A stretch of 64,000 bases of DNA from the human T2T-CHM13v2.0 reference genome, Homo sapiens. Location: the NCBI RefSeq assembly GCF_009914755.1, contig NC_060936.1. One strand, 5' to 3'. Positions 52,432 through 64,000 of the stretch are shown piece after piece (position 1 is the stretch's first letter; each line of letters opens with the position of its first letter). A program made the position numbers and the translations under genes. The notes under the pieces were generated by a model. That model was not told where the DNA came from. It worked only from the letters and a program-made list of their open reading frames with translations, and did not search any database.

Positions 52432-55400
52432 TGGCCAACCACCTCCTCTTCCAACTGCCCCTCAAGACAACATGTGGCCACATGCCATCTGCAAGGCCTG
52501 CAGAGTTAGCACCAGCTCCACTAGGGCCATAGATGCCCCCTCCTTTGTGCCTAGCTCCTGCGAATCCACCGAGTGCCTGAGACCATAGCTTCTACTGTGC
52601 CCACCCAGGCAGAGACCCTCGGCCCCCTCTCCTCCATTTCTGAGCCCCCATGGCCAGATCCTGGGCAGGGAAATGATCCTTTCAGGAGACAACCAGAGCC
52701 CCTCACCAGGAACGGGGGCACCCGTGGACTACGGGAGGGTGGCGGTTGGGTTCTCTGCTCCCTCCCAGCTCCTGAACCTGGAACAATCGGCAGAAAACCC
52801 AGGAACCCCGGCACTCCTGCATTCAGCACGGGATTCCCCCACCCATGCCCAGAAGCCCTGACCTTGCTGTTTCTGGAAAAAGCATGGGGTGGGGCAGGGA
52901 GGGCTGGCATTTCCCCCAGAAGACCTTGCCCTTTGACCTGCCCACTCTCCACACTGCCTCACCTGGAAAGCCATGTCCTGCTGGCCTCATTCCTTCCTGA
53001 AGGGCCTAGGAGTGGGGAGGCCTGGGTAGGGCAGCCACAGGCTGGGTAGAGCCGCCCTGGCAGGAAGCAGGGGGTAAGGTGGCCATACCAGCACATGCTG
53101 CACTAGGAGCAGAGCCCTGCACCTGCCTAGCTGCCTTCCTGGGAGAAACCTCCCTGGGAGACCATGGCCCCAAGCCCTGGCCTCTAGTGATACGCCCCTC
53201 GGGAATCTCCTGTTCCGGGGCCTGATTCTCAGGAACACCAGGTTTCAGACCATCTTCAGCACCTAATGTTGATGGGTGTCAAACATCTCCTGGAGTGGAC
53301 CAACTCGCAACCCTGCAAAGTCGGAGCTGCTGAGAAGGGGCAGCTCTGAATAGAGGGGCATCTGCCTGAACCTCACTTTTCCTGGGGCCCTCTCCTTGAC
53401 CCCGTAGCCACCACCACACTGCTTCCAGGGGGTCCAGCTCTGCTTCCCTTCCCACCTGTCCTAGAGTGGACAGAGCTTTTTCCTTGGGTTCTCTCTTGCA
53501 TCACTAAGTTCAGCAGGGAATTTGCGGAATTTTCAGGAAGAACTTTCCCCAGTAATAAGGGAGAACAGAAAGAAAATCCTAGAAAATACAGAGTATCCAT
53601 GCTGGCAGCTTTTTGTACAACACCCATAGGGACCCCCCCAAATGGCTATTACAAAGGGGCAGCCCATTCACTACACAAGAACCCCACACCTGGCTTCCAC
53701 CCTCCCCAGCTCCTGCACTTCTCCCCAGAGCGGGACCCTCTTACTTCCCCCCATGAAGGGGGGCACCTTGTGCTAAGGCCAAGGCTGAGCGAGGTCCCAG
53801 CTCACCTCCCTGCTTGATCCAGATTGCACTGTGATGAGCACATTGCTGACCTAGGCCAGTCCTGGGGCAGGCGTGCTCTCTCTCCCATACATAGGAGTGG
53901 CCTCAAGGCCACCCAGTGCTGACCCCAACAGAGCCCTGAACTGTCCAGAAACTGCATCCTCAGCACAGGAAGTACCCACATGGACAGAGGGAAGCCCAGC
54001 CTCGGGGCCGGTTGCCTCCTCTTCTCTGGGTGTTCTCCAGTGGCTTCTTGGAGCCTAGGCTGGTTTATCTCCCCTGCCTAAAAGGCCCTGGGGTTGCCAA
54101 TGCAAATTCATTAAAACGAAGACCAGATATCCCAGACTGCACAGAGGCCGAGAGAAATGGTATAGTGCGTGATTAGCATTGCTGCCCTCCAACCTCCTGG
54201 GATTCATGCAGATAATCAAAAACTGACTATGACTCCCAAGTTCTCTGAAGGATGAGATCACAACTGACAACTCTTACGACAGAGGGAGAGTGGTGAGAGA
54301 GAGAAAGAGGGTACTGGGCTAGAGCCATGTTCTTCCTGCCGAGGTGCCAGGGGGAGGCGGCAGTGGGCAGGGGGTGCTGGGGCCTTACCTGTCTGCCCTG
54401 GTGGGGATGAAAGACAGGTGACAGGCAGGTGCCCTGTGCACAGCCTTATCATTGAAGGCAGGCCCAGGACAGCCTGCCCCATCTGCCCCAGCCCCATGGG
54501 ATGGTTGGTCCAGCCTGACTGGGGCAGGATTAGCTGCAATTCCTGCCCTGTGTGTCGTCCAGCCAGACTGCCTCTTGAAAGATGGCTTGTCCAAGCGGCA
54601 GACAGTGGTAGAACAACCCAGGGCTTGGAAATCTGACCTCCTTGTCCATGCCAACAGCCTGGGAGATGAGACAGGGTTAGAGGAAACAGAGGCCCAGGAT
54701 ACGGCAGGTTCTGCCTGGGAGTGTACAATGGTTGGAGTCCAGAGCCAACGATGTGGTCCCCAGCGGGGTGTGCCCCTCCTGCTGACGAGGGTACAGATCC
54801 ATACCCAGGTCAATTCCTCCCGGGCCCCTGTTTGGAGGCTGCTACAGCCTTGAGTTCCTTGGAGAGAGAGGACACGCCTGTGGAATGTCACCTTCAGTCC
54901 CGTGCAGGCAAAAGGCCCCTGCACACCAGGGCCCTAGGAAAGCAGCATCAGGTGCTGGGATCCCACCCAGCTGGCACGGGCACGTTCTTGCCCTGCACAC
55001 TCCATGCTGCCCTTCCCTAAGCTCGCAGGGGCAGACACCAAGAGAAGGGCGCGTCCCCTAGTCCCCTGGGTGACCTGTGTCAGGACAGCAGGCAAGAATG
55101 AAACGTGGCCTTGGCTGACGGGTTGGAATATTTGTGACCGTTCTTGTCTTTCTCCCTCCTGCTTCCCCGGCACCCTAGCCCCATCTCCAGGAGCCCCTCA
55201 GGCAGAGTAAGTGGGGAGTGTGTCCAGGGATTTTTTTGTGTTTACCAAGGTCCTGCTGTGCACTTAGAATCTGTCACCATAAATACTTATCTCGCAGTTA
55301 CCCCAGCAAGAGGGTGTTATTTCCCCCATTTTATAAAAGGAAATTAAGGCTGGGCAAAGTTAAGACTTGCTTGTCAGTGGTCATGGCTGTTGTCTTGCCA

Positions 55401-57120
55401 CCCCCAGCTGGGGAGAAGGAAGAAAACTGGGCCGGGAACCCCTCCCCTCAGTGTCCCCCAGTTCTCCATCTCCATAAGGAGCCATCAGGCTGTCATTAAG
55501 GAACAGAGTGTCACTCAGGGGGCACTGTCACAAAGCAGCACCCATGGCACATGGGCCGGGGGTGCAGAAGCCTGGCTTATTTCAGGCTGACAGCTGGACC
55601 CTCTGGGTGCAGGGGCTCAGGCAGTGGCCAAGAGCCCAAAGGGCTAAGGCCCGTGACGACCACCCAGCCCGTCACCCCAGGTACAAACACTGACCCCAAA
55701 GCAAGAGCAGGGACTGTCCCTCAGCCCTCAGGGCCTTCATGCAGGGTGCAGAATCTCATGTCCACATGGAGGTCACCCCTCAGGTCACACCCACTCCCAG
55801 AGCAACCCTGGGCAGGGAGGGGCACCCTGGGGTTGTGTTGACCACCTCCCCTTCAGGTGAGGCCCTTTTCTGCCTTCTTTCTAGCCCCCTGCATGGGGCA
55901 CCTGCTATTGCTGGGGCTCTGGGGTGGACCCTGTGTGATTTCTGTCAGGGAGCTTGTGCTGTGCATGGCCAGAGGTGTTTACATCCAGAAGGGCCCAGCA
56001 CGGCCCTGTGGGGTGTGGGGGGAATATGGTAGATCATTGTGATGTGCCTCGGGGCCCTCTTGCCTTGGAGCCAGCTTTGTTTCAGAATCTGCTACTTGGG
56101 CCCTCTTCAGGGTTTTGAGGCTGGAGAAGTGAGTTGGGACAGTCACTGTCATCACCACCCACCCTGTCACCCACCTGGAAAACATTCTTGATATACTGGC
56201 CATGCTGGGCCGGGCTCACATCCACTGAGGGTATAGTGACCAAGCGTCTAAACCAGTCGTTCTCAAACTTCGGTGAGTATCAGAATCACCTGGAAGGGCT
56301 TTTACAAACAGATTGCTGGCCCCACCCCCCAGAATTTCTCATCAGGAGTGGGCAAGACCAATCATTTGCATTTCTGACAAGTTCCCAGGAGCTGCAGCTG
56401 CTGGCCCTGGAACCACACTTTGAGAACCACTGCTTTAGACCAAACACCAAAGGAAGATGCAGCCACCCTCCTTTACATGTCACAACGCTCAGGGTCCATG
56501 AGTACCTCAGGCTGTCCAGCTGAGCTCCACCTGCAGCAGCCGAGATTCCCGACTCGCTCCACCATTGGGGGCTAGGAGTGAAGCGTGTCACCATGGTCAG
56601 CTCATGGCCAGCCAGGAAAGCCTCTCTGCTGTGCGTCTGTGCAGTTCTTGTTCTTCCCTGGAGGACTCTTGGATCGCCTGTGATCTTGGCCAGGAGACCA
56701 GGTGCCTGGGTCCCTTCCTGGAAGGGGACAAGTTACACACCCCAGCCCCATTTTCCCACCAACTTCTACATGCCTTGGGAGAACCTGCTACATGTTGGCT
56801 GCCCCCTTCCCCTATTTCAGCAGTGCCCAGTCCTGCTTATAAACCTGAGGCCTGCTCCCCATACCCTGCCCTGTGCAAGTGCCAGCCGTTATTCCAGGCA
56901 GCCCAATGTTGTTGAGGCCAGATGGATTCCTGGAAGCAGCTGGCCCATGGATGTGAGTCATCACAGTATTCTAGAAACAGAGAAGAGGTCTTAACCTAAT
57001 GCGCATAGAGAAATTGTTCTCATTGTAAACATACCCCTGTCCTTAGCTGATCTAGGTGGAAGCCCAGCTTCATGTGCTAGGGGGCATGATAATGATAATA
57101 AAGGAATTGTATCTAGGACT
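52432..57120 (+). other. TSPAN11: TSPAN11 3' UTR (~4.7 kb)
   Basis: Runs from the stop codon to the first well-supported poly(A) signal I found; end approximate. Confidence 0.7.
56253..56432. mobile_element. MER5A within the 3' UTR
   Basis: cagtcgttctcaaactt...agaatcacctggaagg...ccacactttgagaaccactg. Confidence 0.75.
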
Positions 57121-57143
57121 ACCTTCTGTTGAATTTTTTTCTC
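57097..57143 (+). terminator. Polyadenylation signal AATAAA with downstream U/GU-rich element
   Basis: AATAAA at 57097-57102, upstream TGTA near 57024, downstream ttctgttgaattttttttct at 57124-57143. Confidence 0.75.
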
Positions 57144-57847
57144 CTCTGCAAGGAACCCCCAGGCCATCAGTTCATTAAATGTACCATGACCCACGGCTAC
57201 ATCGTGAAGCTGCTGTGTTAGCCACGGCTCCCCTATGAGTAAACCATTGGCCACATTGGATAGGGTCCTGCTTACCCTTTTTTTGTCAGCCCTCATCACT
57301 GATGTGTTTGAACTGACTTCTCCTGCTCACAAGTGTCATTAGCTCCTGGCTGCAAAGGACAGCCAGGCTCAAACACATGTACTTAAATTGTATTCCTCTT
57401 CAGGCTTCCTCCCTTCAGTCAGTCCATGTTTTCCTACCATTTACCATGACACACAACCAGCATCTGTTCATGAACCTGCAGTGAGCTCTTACCACTGCAG
57501 GCGCCACCCTCTGCTTGGCTGCAGCAGATGCAGAGTGTGGCGAAAAGTCAGGAGCAAGGGGGCTCTGTCTGTTGAGACACACACTCCTACTGCAAGCCTC
57601 ACCCCCAGACCAACTCACTCTACTGTGACAGGGTTTCTCCACCGTGGACCAGCTGATTTGTCCTCATCCCCAAACCTGGAGTTGGACATGTTTTCATTGC
57701 AAATGCAGAAAGATAAATCTTTGCTGAGGGGACCAGTAGTTGCCCAGTCCAGAGCTAAAAGGAAGTACATGTTTTTGTCTTCTATAATATAAAACGGTCA
57801 TATTATTTCATTCACTGTTCTGTCTAGAAAACTTGCTTGAGAGGTGG

Positions 57848-58228
57848 TGTATTCATTTGTATTCACACTGCTAAAAAGAACTACCTGAGAGTGGGTAATT
57901 TATAAAGAGAAGAGGTTTAATTGACTCACAGTTTCACAGGCTTAACAGGAAGCATGGCTGGGAGGCCTCAGGAAACTTATAATCATGGCAGAAGGCAAAG
58001 GCGAAGGGGAAGCAGGCAACTTCTTCACATGGCGGCAGGAGAGAGAGAGTGAGGGGATAGGTGCCACACACTTTTAAATAACCAGATCTCATGAGAACTC
58101 ACCTTCACGAGAACAACAAGGGGGAAGTCCGCCCCCATGATCCAATCACCTCCCACCAGGCCCCTCCCCCAACATTGAGAATTACAATTTGACATGAGAT
58201 TTGGGGGACACAGAACCAAACCATATCA
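57848..58228 (-). mobile_element. MSTA/THE1D-type MaLR solo LTR
   Basis: TG...CA termini, MaLR LTR motifs; flanks GGTGG and GGCAG. Confidence 0.85.
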
Positions 58229-59481
58229 GGCAGTGAGGAGCCTGAAGAGTACTCAGGTAGTCTGGGCTCAGGGGGATCCCCAGACAGAGGGCTGGGGGTG
58301 GTCAGGGGGGTGGCTGAGAGCTGACCCACACAGCTGCTGTGAACCCAATAGGGCCCTGCCACTTGCGGTGTAAGCACATTGATCCACCCGGGGAGGTCCC
58401 CAGGCAGGGACCCACTTTGCAGGGGAGCTCCAGTCGCTCTCCTGTGTCTGCAGGGCCTCTTTGGTCAAGGTCCAGTTGTCCACTGAAAGGTCATAGCAGC
58501 GGCCGTCTGACTGTTTAGATGTTGGGCAAGGGAATGGAGCCAGCCTAGGGCATGCTCACAGTCATCTGTCCCACTGGAGTGAGTTGCCTGCTCCCCTCCA
58601 CCATCACTATGAGTGTGTGCGTGTGTGTGTGTGCAAATCATCCAACACGAATGTACCAAGAAGGGACAGGTGCCCTCCAGGCCCTTTCCTGCTGCAAATA
58701 GGCAGTGCTGTTACTGGCTTACAACTGCTGCCTACACAGCCCCAACAGCCAACAAGAGCCTTGTCAGCCAGGCAGGCAGCATGATGCCATTGCTGAAGCT
58801 GTGCCTTTGGTGGCTGCTGGCTGGCCTGCCAGCTGCCACTACTTCCCAGCAAGTGCTGATGCCTCATGTCAGCCCCAAAGACCAAGTTGTCATTGCTGCC
58901 TCTGGGTGGGGACGCTGGTTCCCACTGCCTCTCCATGGCTGAAGAGAGAGAGGCCACCCATGGGAAGGAGAGGACATGGGGCAAAGAGCCATTTTCTTCT
59001 TAAAAGCAAATGCATGACAAGCCCCTATTTCCTTTTCCCTCTGGCTTCAGTCTCTAGCTGAAACCCTGTCTGGCAGTGGCTTGAGCAGAAAGGGGAGGAT
59101 CCTGCCGGGCACCTGGTGGGGGCCTTTGCATCAGGCCAGAGGACAAGAGGGAAAGAGTGAAGTGGGAATCCAGCCCTTTCCATCAGCAAGGAACGTCACT
59201 GCAGTAAGGACATAACAACGTCACTGCAGTAAGGACATAATAAAGCCAGCCAGAGGCAAGAACATTAATGTTCCCGTGATGGGGATGAGGAGCAACTTCC
59301 GCTGGACTTTTAAAACACACTGTAGTTCACGAAGCCCAAATTCTACTTTAGAGAACCCTGAGTTAGGGGCCAGAGGTCAAATTCAACATCCTCTCCCCAA
59401 GTTGCCCGTTGGTAAATAAGAAGGTTGGGTCATTTTAGGAACTGGGGTCTCGCCAGAGAAAAGAAATATATTGAGAATATA

Positions 59482-60220
59482 CAGATGCTCCTCAACATAT
59501 GATGGGGCTACATCTTGATAAATACATCGTAAGTTTAAAATATTGTAACTAAGTTAGGCGTGTTGGCTCACGTCTGTAATCCCAACACTTTGGGAAGCTG
59601 AGGTGGGAGGATTGCTTGAGTCCAGGAGTTCTAGCCTGGGCAACATAGGGAGACCCCGCCTCTACAAAAAAATAAACAAAATTGGCCGGGCATGGTGGCA
59701 CATACCTGTGGTCCCGACTGCTATGGAGGCTGAGGTAGGAGGATTGCTTGAGCCCAGGAGTTCAAGGCTGCAGTGAGCCGTGGTTGCACCACTGTACTCC
59801 AGTCTGGATGACAGAGCAAGACCCTGTCAACCAAAAGAAAATAAAAAAAAGAAAAAGAAAGAAAGAAAGAAAAAGAGGAAAGAAAAGAAATAAAAGAAAA
59901 TATCAAGAAAGAAAAGTCAAAAATTCATGTTAAATACACCTAACCTACCAAACATCATAGCTTAGCCTGGCCTACCTTAAACGTGCTCAGAACAATTACA
60001 TTAGCCTACGTTTCAGCAAAGTCATCTAACACAAAGCCTATTTTATAACAAAGTGTTGAATGTCTCATGTAATTTATTTAATACTAGTTTGAAAGTGAAA
60101 AACAGAAATGGTTTTTGTATGGGTACTGAAAGTACGGTTTCTACTGAATGTATATGGCTTTCACACCATCATAAAGTTGAAAAATCATAATTTGAACCAC
60201 CATAAATAGGGTACCATCTG
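59482..60220. mobile_element. MER47A (Tigger) interrupted by an AluJ
   Basis: cagatgctcctc...atcatagcttagcctggcctaccttaaacgtgctcagaac...ccatctg. Confidence 0.8.
59552..59915 (+). mobile_element. AluJ with (GAAA)n tail
   Basis: J-type diagnostics ggaggattgcttgagcccaggagttcaaggctgcagtgag. Confidence 0.88.
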
Positions 60221-61479
60221 TCTTGGGATTCCAGAAATTTGCCCACTGGTTGGACTGGCCCTGCTCTGGATGTTGGACATGGGTAAGTTCCAGAACTCGG
60301 TAACCAGAAGAAAAATTTCTAAGCAACAGGTACTAACCACAGGCCACTGTGCAGCCTTCCTCTACCAGTTCACCTCTCTCCTCTCACAGGGCCAAGGGAA
60401 ACTAGGCAGTGTCCAGGTCTGTCCCCGCTGGCTCTCGGCTATCTGATAGTCTCTGGAGCCACAAAGGGGAAGTCCCGAATAGCAGCATCAATCAGCAGAG
60501 CTTGGCTCAAATGTGCCCTGTGGAGTGTTGTTACTCTTTCTGTTAGCTTGAGGAGACAATAGGCTGTCTCATGGCTGTCATTAAACTCAGCAAAAGCAAG
60601 ATGGCTAAATCCATAGCCTCTCAATTGATGAATGCTTTAAGAAGAGACCATCCCAGTGCCAATATCTTTGAGTCCAAAATGACATTTATTTAATCTGGCT
60701 TCCCCCTTGCTTCTGTGGAATATTGAGTGCTGCTGCTGAGCTAACCCAGAGCAAACTGAGGCATGGGGAAGCTTGTTCTCTGAGCTCCTGCAGGCAGCAG
60801 CTCATCCACCTCGATACACCAACTCCCCTTCCCTGACCACCCCCTTCCCACACCACTCTCCTGTATCCCCGGCTTTCAGCCTGGAGGATGCTCTTCCTTG
60901 GGGACCTGATTTTAATTTTTTAGGGACTCATGTCTGACCGATTTCTTGCCAAGCTCCTATCCTGGTCTAGGAACAAGCTGGACGCCTCTATACGCATGCT
61001 TTTATTTAATCCCCACAGCCACTCTGTAAAATAGGCATTATTCTCATTTTGCAGATGACAAAACCAAGACAAGTTCAATGACTGCCCAAGGTTCACATGG
61101 ACACCAAAGGCAGAGTGGGAATTTAACCCAGGTTCTCCAACTCCCAAACCAGTGCCCTTTCCATCCGCACCACAGTTCATGTCTAACGGTGAAAGTTCAA
61201 GGGTGGTGACGGCTGATAAGATAGTTTTTGTCTGGAGGAACCTCGATAATGTTTTGCAAGCTATGAAGCTCAATACACACAAAAGAAGACGTTTAATTAC
61301 ACCATGCTGGTCTCTGCCCTCTCCTGCACAGGAGCACTGAGCCCAGAAAATCCATTCATCCATCCATTTGGTACAAACAATAAGTCATCTTCCTGTTTAT
61401 GCTGGATGAATAGCAAAAATGCTGCCTCTCCCACCAATAAATCTAGTTAACCACAAAGGCTGTGCATCTCTCAGATCTG

Positions 61480-62100
61480 CTGGCTTTGTCTCCACCCCAC
61501 TGCCCTTCCCTGTGGCTCTATCATCTCTCACCTAAATCACTGCAGCGCCTGTGCCTGATCTTCCTGCAGCCTCCCCTGTCCCTCTGACCACTCTTCACAC
61601 TGTAGCTGCGGCCAGCTTTCTAAAGGCCAGATCTGAGCCCATCACATTTGGGCTGAAAACCTCTCCATGGCTCCCATTGCTCTCAGCCTAAACTTCAATG
61701 AAGCTCCTTGACCAGGTTTTCAAGGTTGTGATCTGGCAGTGTCTCCAGATAGTCCCGCTTCACCCTCTGTGCTTCAACTCTGTGGACCATGTCCATCCAC
61801 AGGACACATCTCCTTCCACTCCTTGCCAGGTTAACTAACACATCCTGTCTTCAGCTCTTAGCATCAACATCACCTCCCCTGGAGGGCCTCCTTCTCCCCA
61901 GGTTGGGTCACTGCCTCTCCCACACAGCCAGCCAGCATCCTGTGAATATAATCATCAGCATTGACCTGCAATCATGTTCACTCTTCTGGGGCCCCTACTG
62001 GATGATTGGCCCTGCAAGCACAGGTACTGTGTCTGCATCTTCCTTGACTGTTGTCTAGGTGCTTGGCATGAGTTACTTGAGTATTCAGTAAGTCTGAGCC
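61480..62100 (+). mobile_element. L2 LINE fragment
   Basis: aaaacctctccatggctcccattgc and related L2 3' motifs; boundaries approximate. Confidence 0.5.
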
Positions 62101-64000
62101 AATAGACATTTGTGTGTGCCGGCACCAGTGTTAGCCACTTGAAGGGCTGGCAGGGTTCTGCCACAGCTCGTAAGCCACCCTTTCTCAATTGTGCTTTGCT
62201 GAGCACCAGTGGGGAGGCAGTTCCCCCACCACATCACACAACAGTGAGGGGGCTCCCAGAGTCATCCCAGCCACTCCCATGGACTGAAGAGCCCAGATCC
62301 ATCCCAGAAGGCTCTAGCACAGTCACCAGATGTCCCCAGGGAAGGAAGATGACCCTCTCATATACAGCCAGGGCAGCCTGTCTTCCACGGCTCCGCTTGT
62401 GTGACTGGGGCCCAGTGCTAAGAGAGAGGCCGATGTTTTCCACTGCCCTGTGAGCCACAAGCACACAGGTGGGTCCACAGACCTGGTGGCAGGAGCCAAA
62501 GCAAGAACAAGCAGAGACAGGGTGGCTTCCACCAAAATTCCCATGACTTGGCTGGTCTTCCACAGATGATGGGGGTCACCTGCCCCTCTAACCAGTCCAC
62601 ATCCTGCAGCCACTGAGTCTGTCTCGGTAAATCTCCTGGGGAGGCTCTCAGGGACCTTGCTCCAGTGGGACCTGTGTCAGAGGGTCCCTTCAGACACAGA
62701 GTGGTCTCTGCAGGCTTTGGGACATGGCGGCTGCAGGATGGGGCCCTGGAGGCTGATGCCTTGGGACAATTTCACGTGGACCTGGCCACCCCCTTGAGGA
62801 CAGGAGGTAGAGCTCCACACACAGAGGGGTTTCAAGATGCCCACTTCCAACTGCTGTCAGACCCACATGCACACTCGTTCTTTATGCCTGCCTCCTCTCC
62901 GGGGACATAGGGTTTAGCAATGACCCAGGACAAGGGGAATTCTCAGCTGCTCTCATCTACCATGTGTCACTGTGACTGTGACAGCCAAGGAAACCCCATA
63001 CACCAGGACCCAACCAAGGCCACTGCGAGACTTCTACTGCAGTAGGGCAGTGGGATGCCTCTCAGACCCCGCCTCCTCAGAGTGCCCGTTTGGAGCAGGG
63101 ACCCATCCTGGACTACTGCCTCACTGCAGCAGAGGGGCAGGCCAGACTCTGAGGGTCTGCGGGACAAAGAATGGACCCCAGGCACCTGGCACCCAGCTCC
63201 CATCCTGTGCCATGTCCCTGCTAGTTAGCACCTCCACCTATATAGGGGCCAGAGAGGAAGGGACAGTCACTTCCATCCACCTGAACTGCTCTTTGGCCAC
63301 CAAAACCTGGAGGGATGGCCATCTAGTTTCAAGTCAAAATAGAACATCTACAAGAGGTTCTAGGGCAGGGCAGCAACCTCCCCAGAGAGCCCAAGATGCA
63401 GGCCCATGTTGGAAGGAGAGAGGGTGACACCGCTCCAGCTGCGGGCTGTGGGGAGGAGATTTGCACCCTGACACCCACTGCCAGCCGCCCGGAGGCAGTT
63501 CTCACCCCCTGCCTGCTCACCCCTTCTGTGAGATGGCTGCAAAGAAAGGCTGAGTCCACATCAGACATCCTACTGTAATCATCTACAAACTCAAAGGGAC
63601 TTTCTGAGACAAGTTTGTAAATTGTTTGCATCAGACCTGATTGAACTAACTCTGATGTTGGCAAGGGAAGCAGACAGTGAGGGAATTCACTCAGGGGAAT
63701 TCTGCCCCAATGAGATCATAGTCAGGAGACACAGAGGAGAGACACTTAGCCACCTTCACTGGCATCACAGGATGTGGCCCTCTGGGAGGTGTGGGGACCG
63801 TTCTGCAGGACAGGCAAGGGGCTTGGAGGAACATCTACTCTATGCATGGAGACTTCCACCTAATGTAGACTTGGCCAAATGATGAAACTGCCAAGCACTG
63901 GGTGAGCCAAGAAGGCAGTTTGAGGACCTGTGAACAAGGCTCTGCAAACGGACAGATGAGCTGGGGGGTGGCTGGGGGAGCAGACACTGCAGCAAAGGCT

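Overview
Human (primate) genomic DNA covering most of the tetraspanin gene TSPAN11 on the + strand. The window starts inside intron 1; exon 1 and the promoter are not visible. It contains all seven coding exons (14625-14708, 24382-24573, 39077-39151, 40082-40186, 43048-43206, 43580-43666, 52372-52431), which splice at canonical GT-AG sites into a 253-aa protein. A ~4.7 kb 3' UTR ends at an AATAAA near 57097. The rest is intronic or downstream DNA rich in repeats: a full-length THE1C MaLR, Alus, MIR, L1/L2 fragments and hAT/Tigger MITEs. Nearly all ORFs in the supplied track are spurious. The most unusual observation is a ~90%-identical partial duplicate of the first coding exon 1220 bp upstream of the real one, with intact acceptor, Kozak ATG and an in-frame phase-0 candidate donor. 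Other leads are an antisense Alu poised for exonisation in the last intron, all-phase-0 exons bracketed by inverted Alus (circRNA with an open frame), a G4 next to a palindromic YY1-core pair, and an unexplained ~45 bp dispersed repeat. Repeat family names come from recalled consensus sequences, not from a RepeatMasker run.
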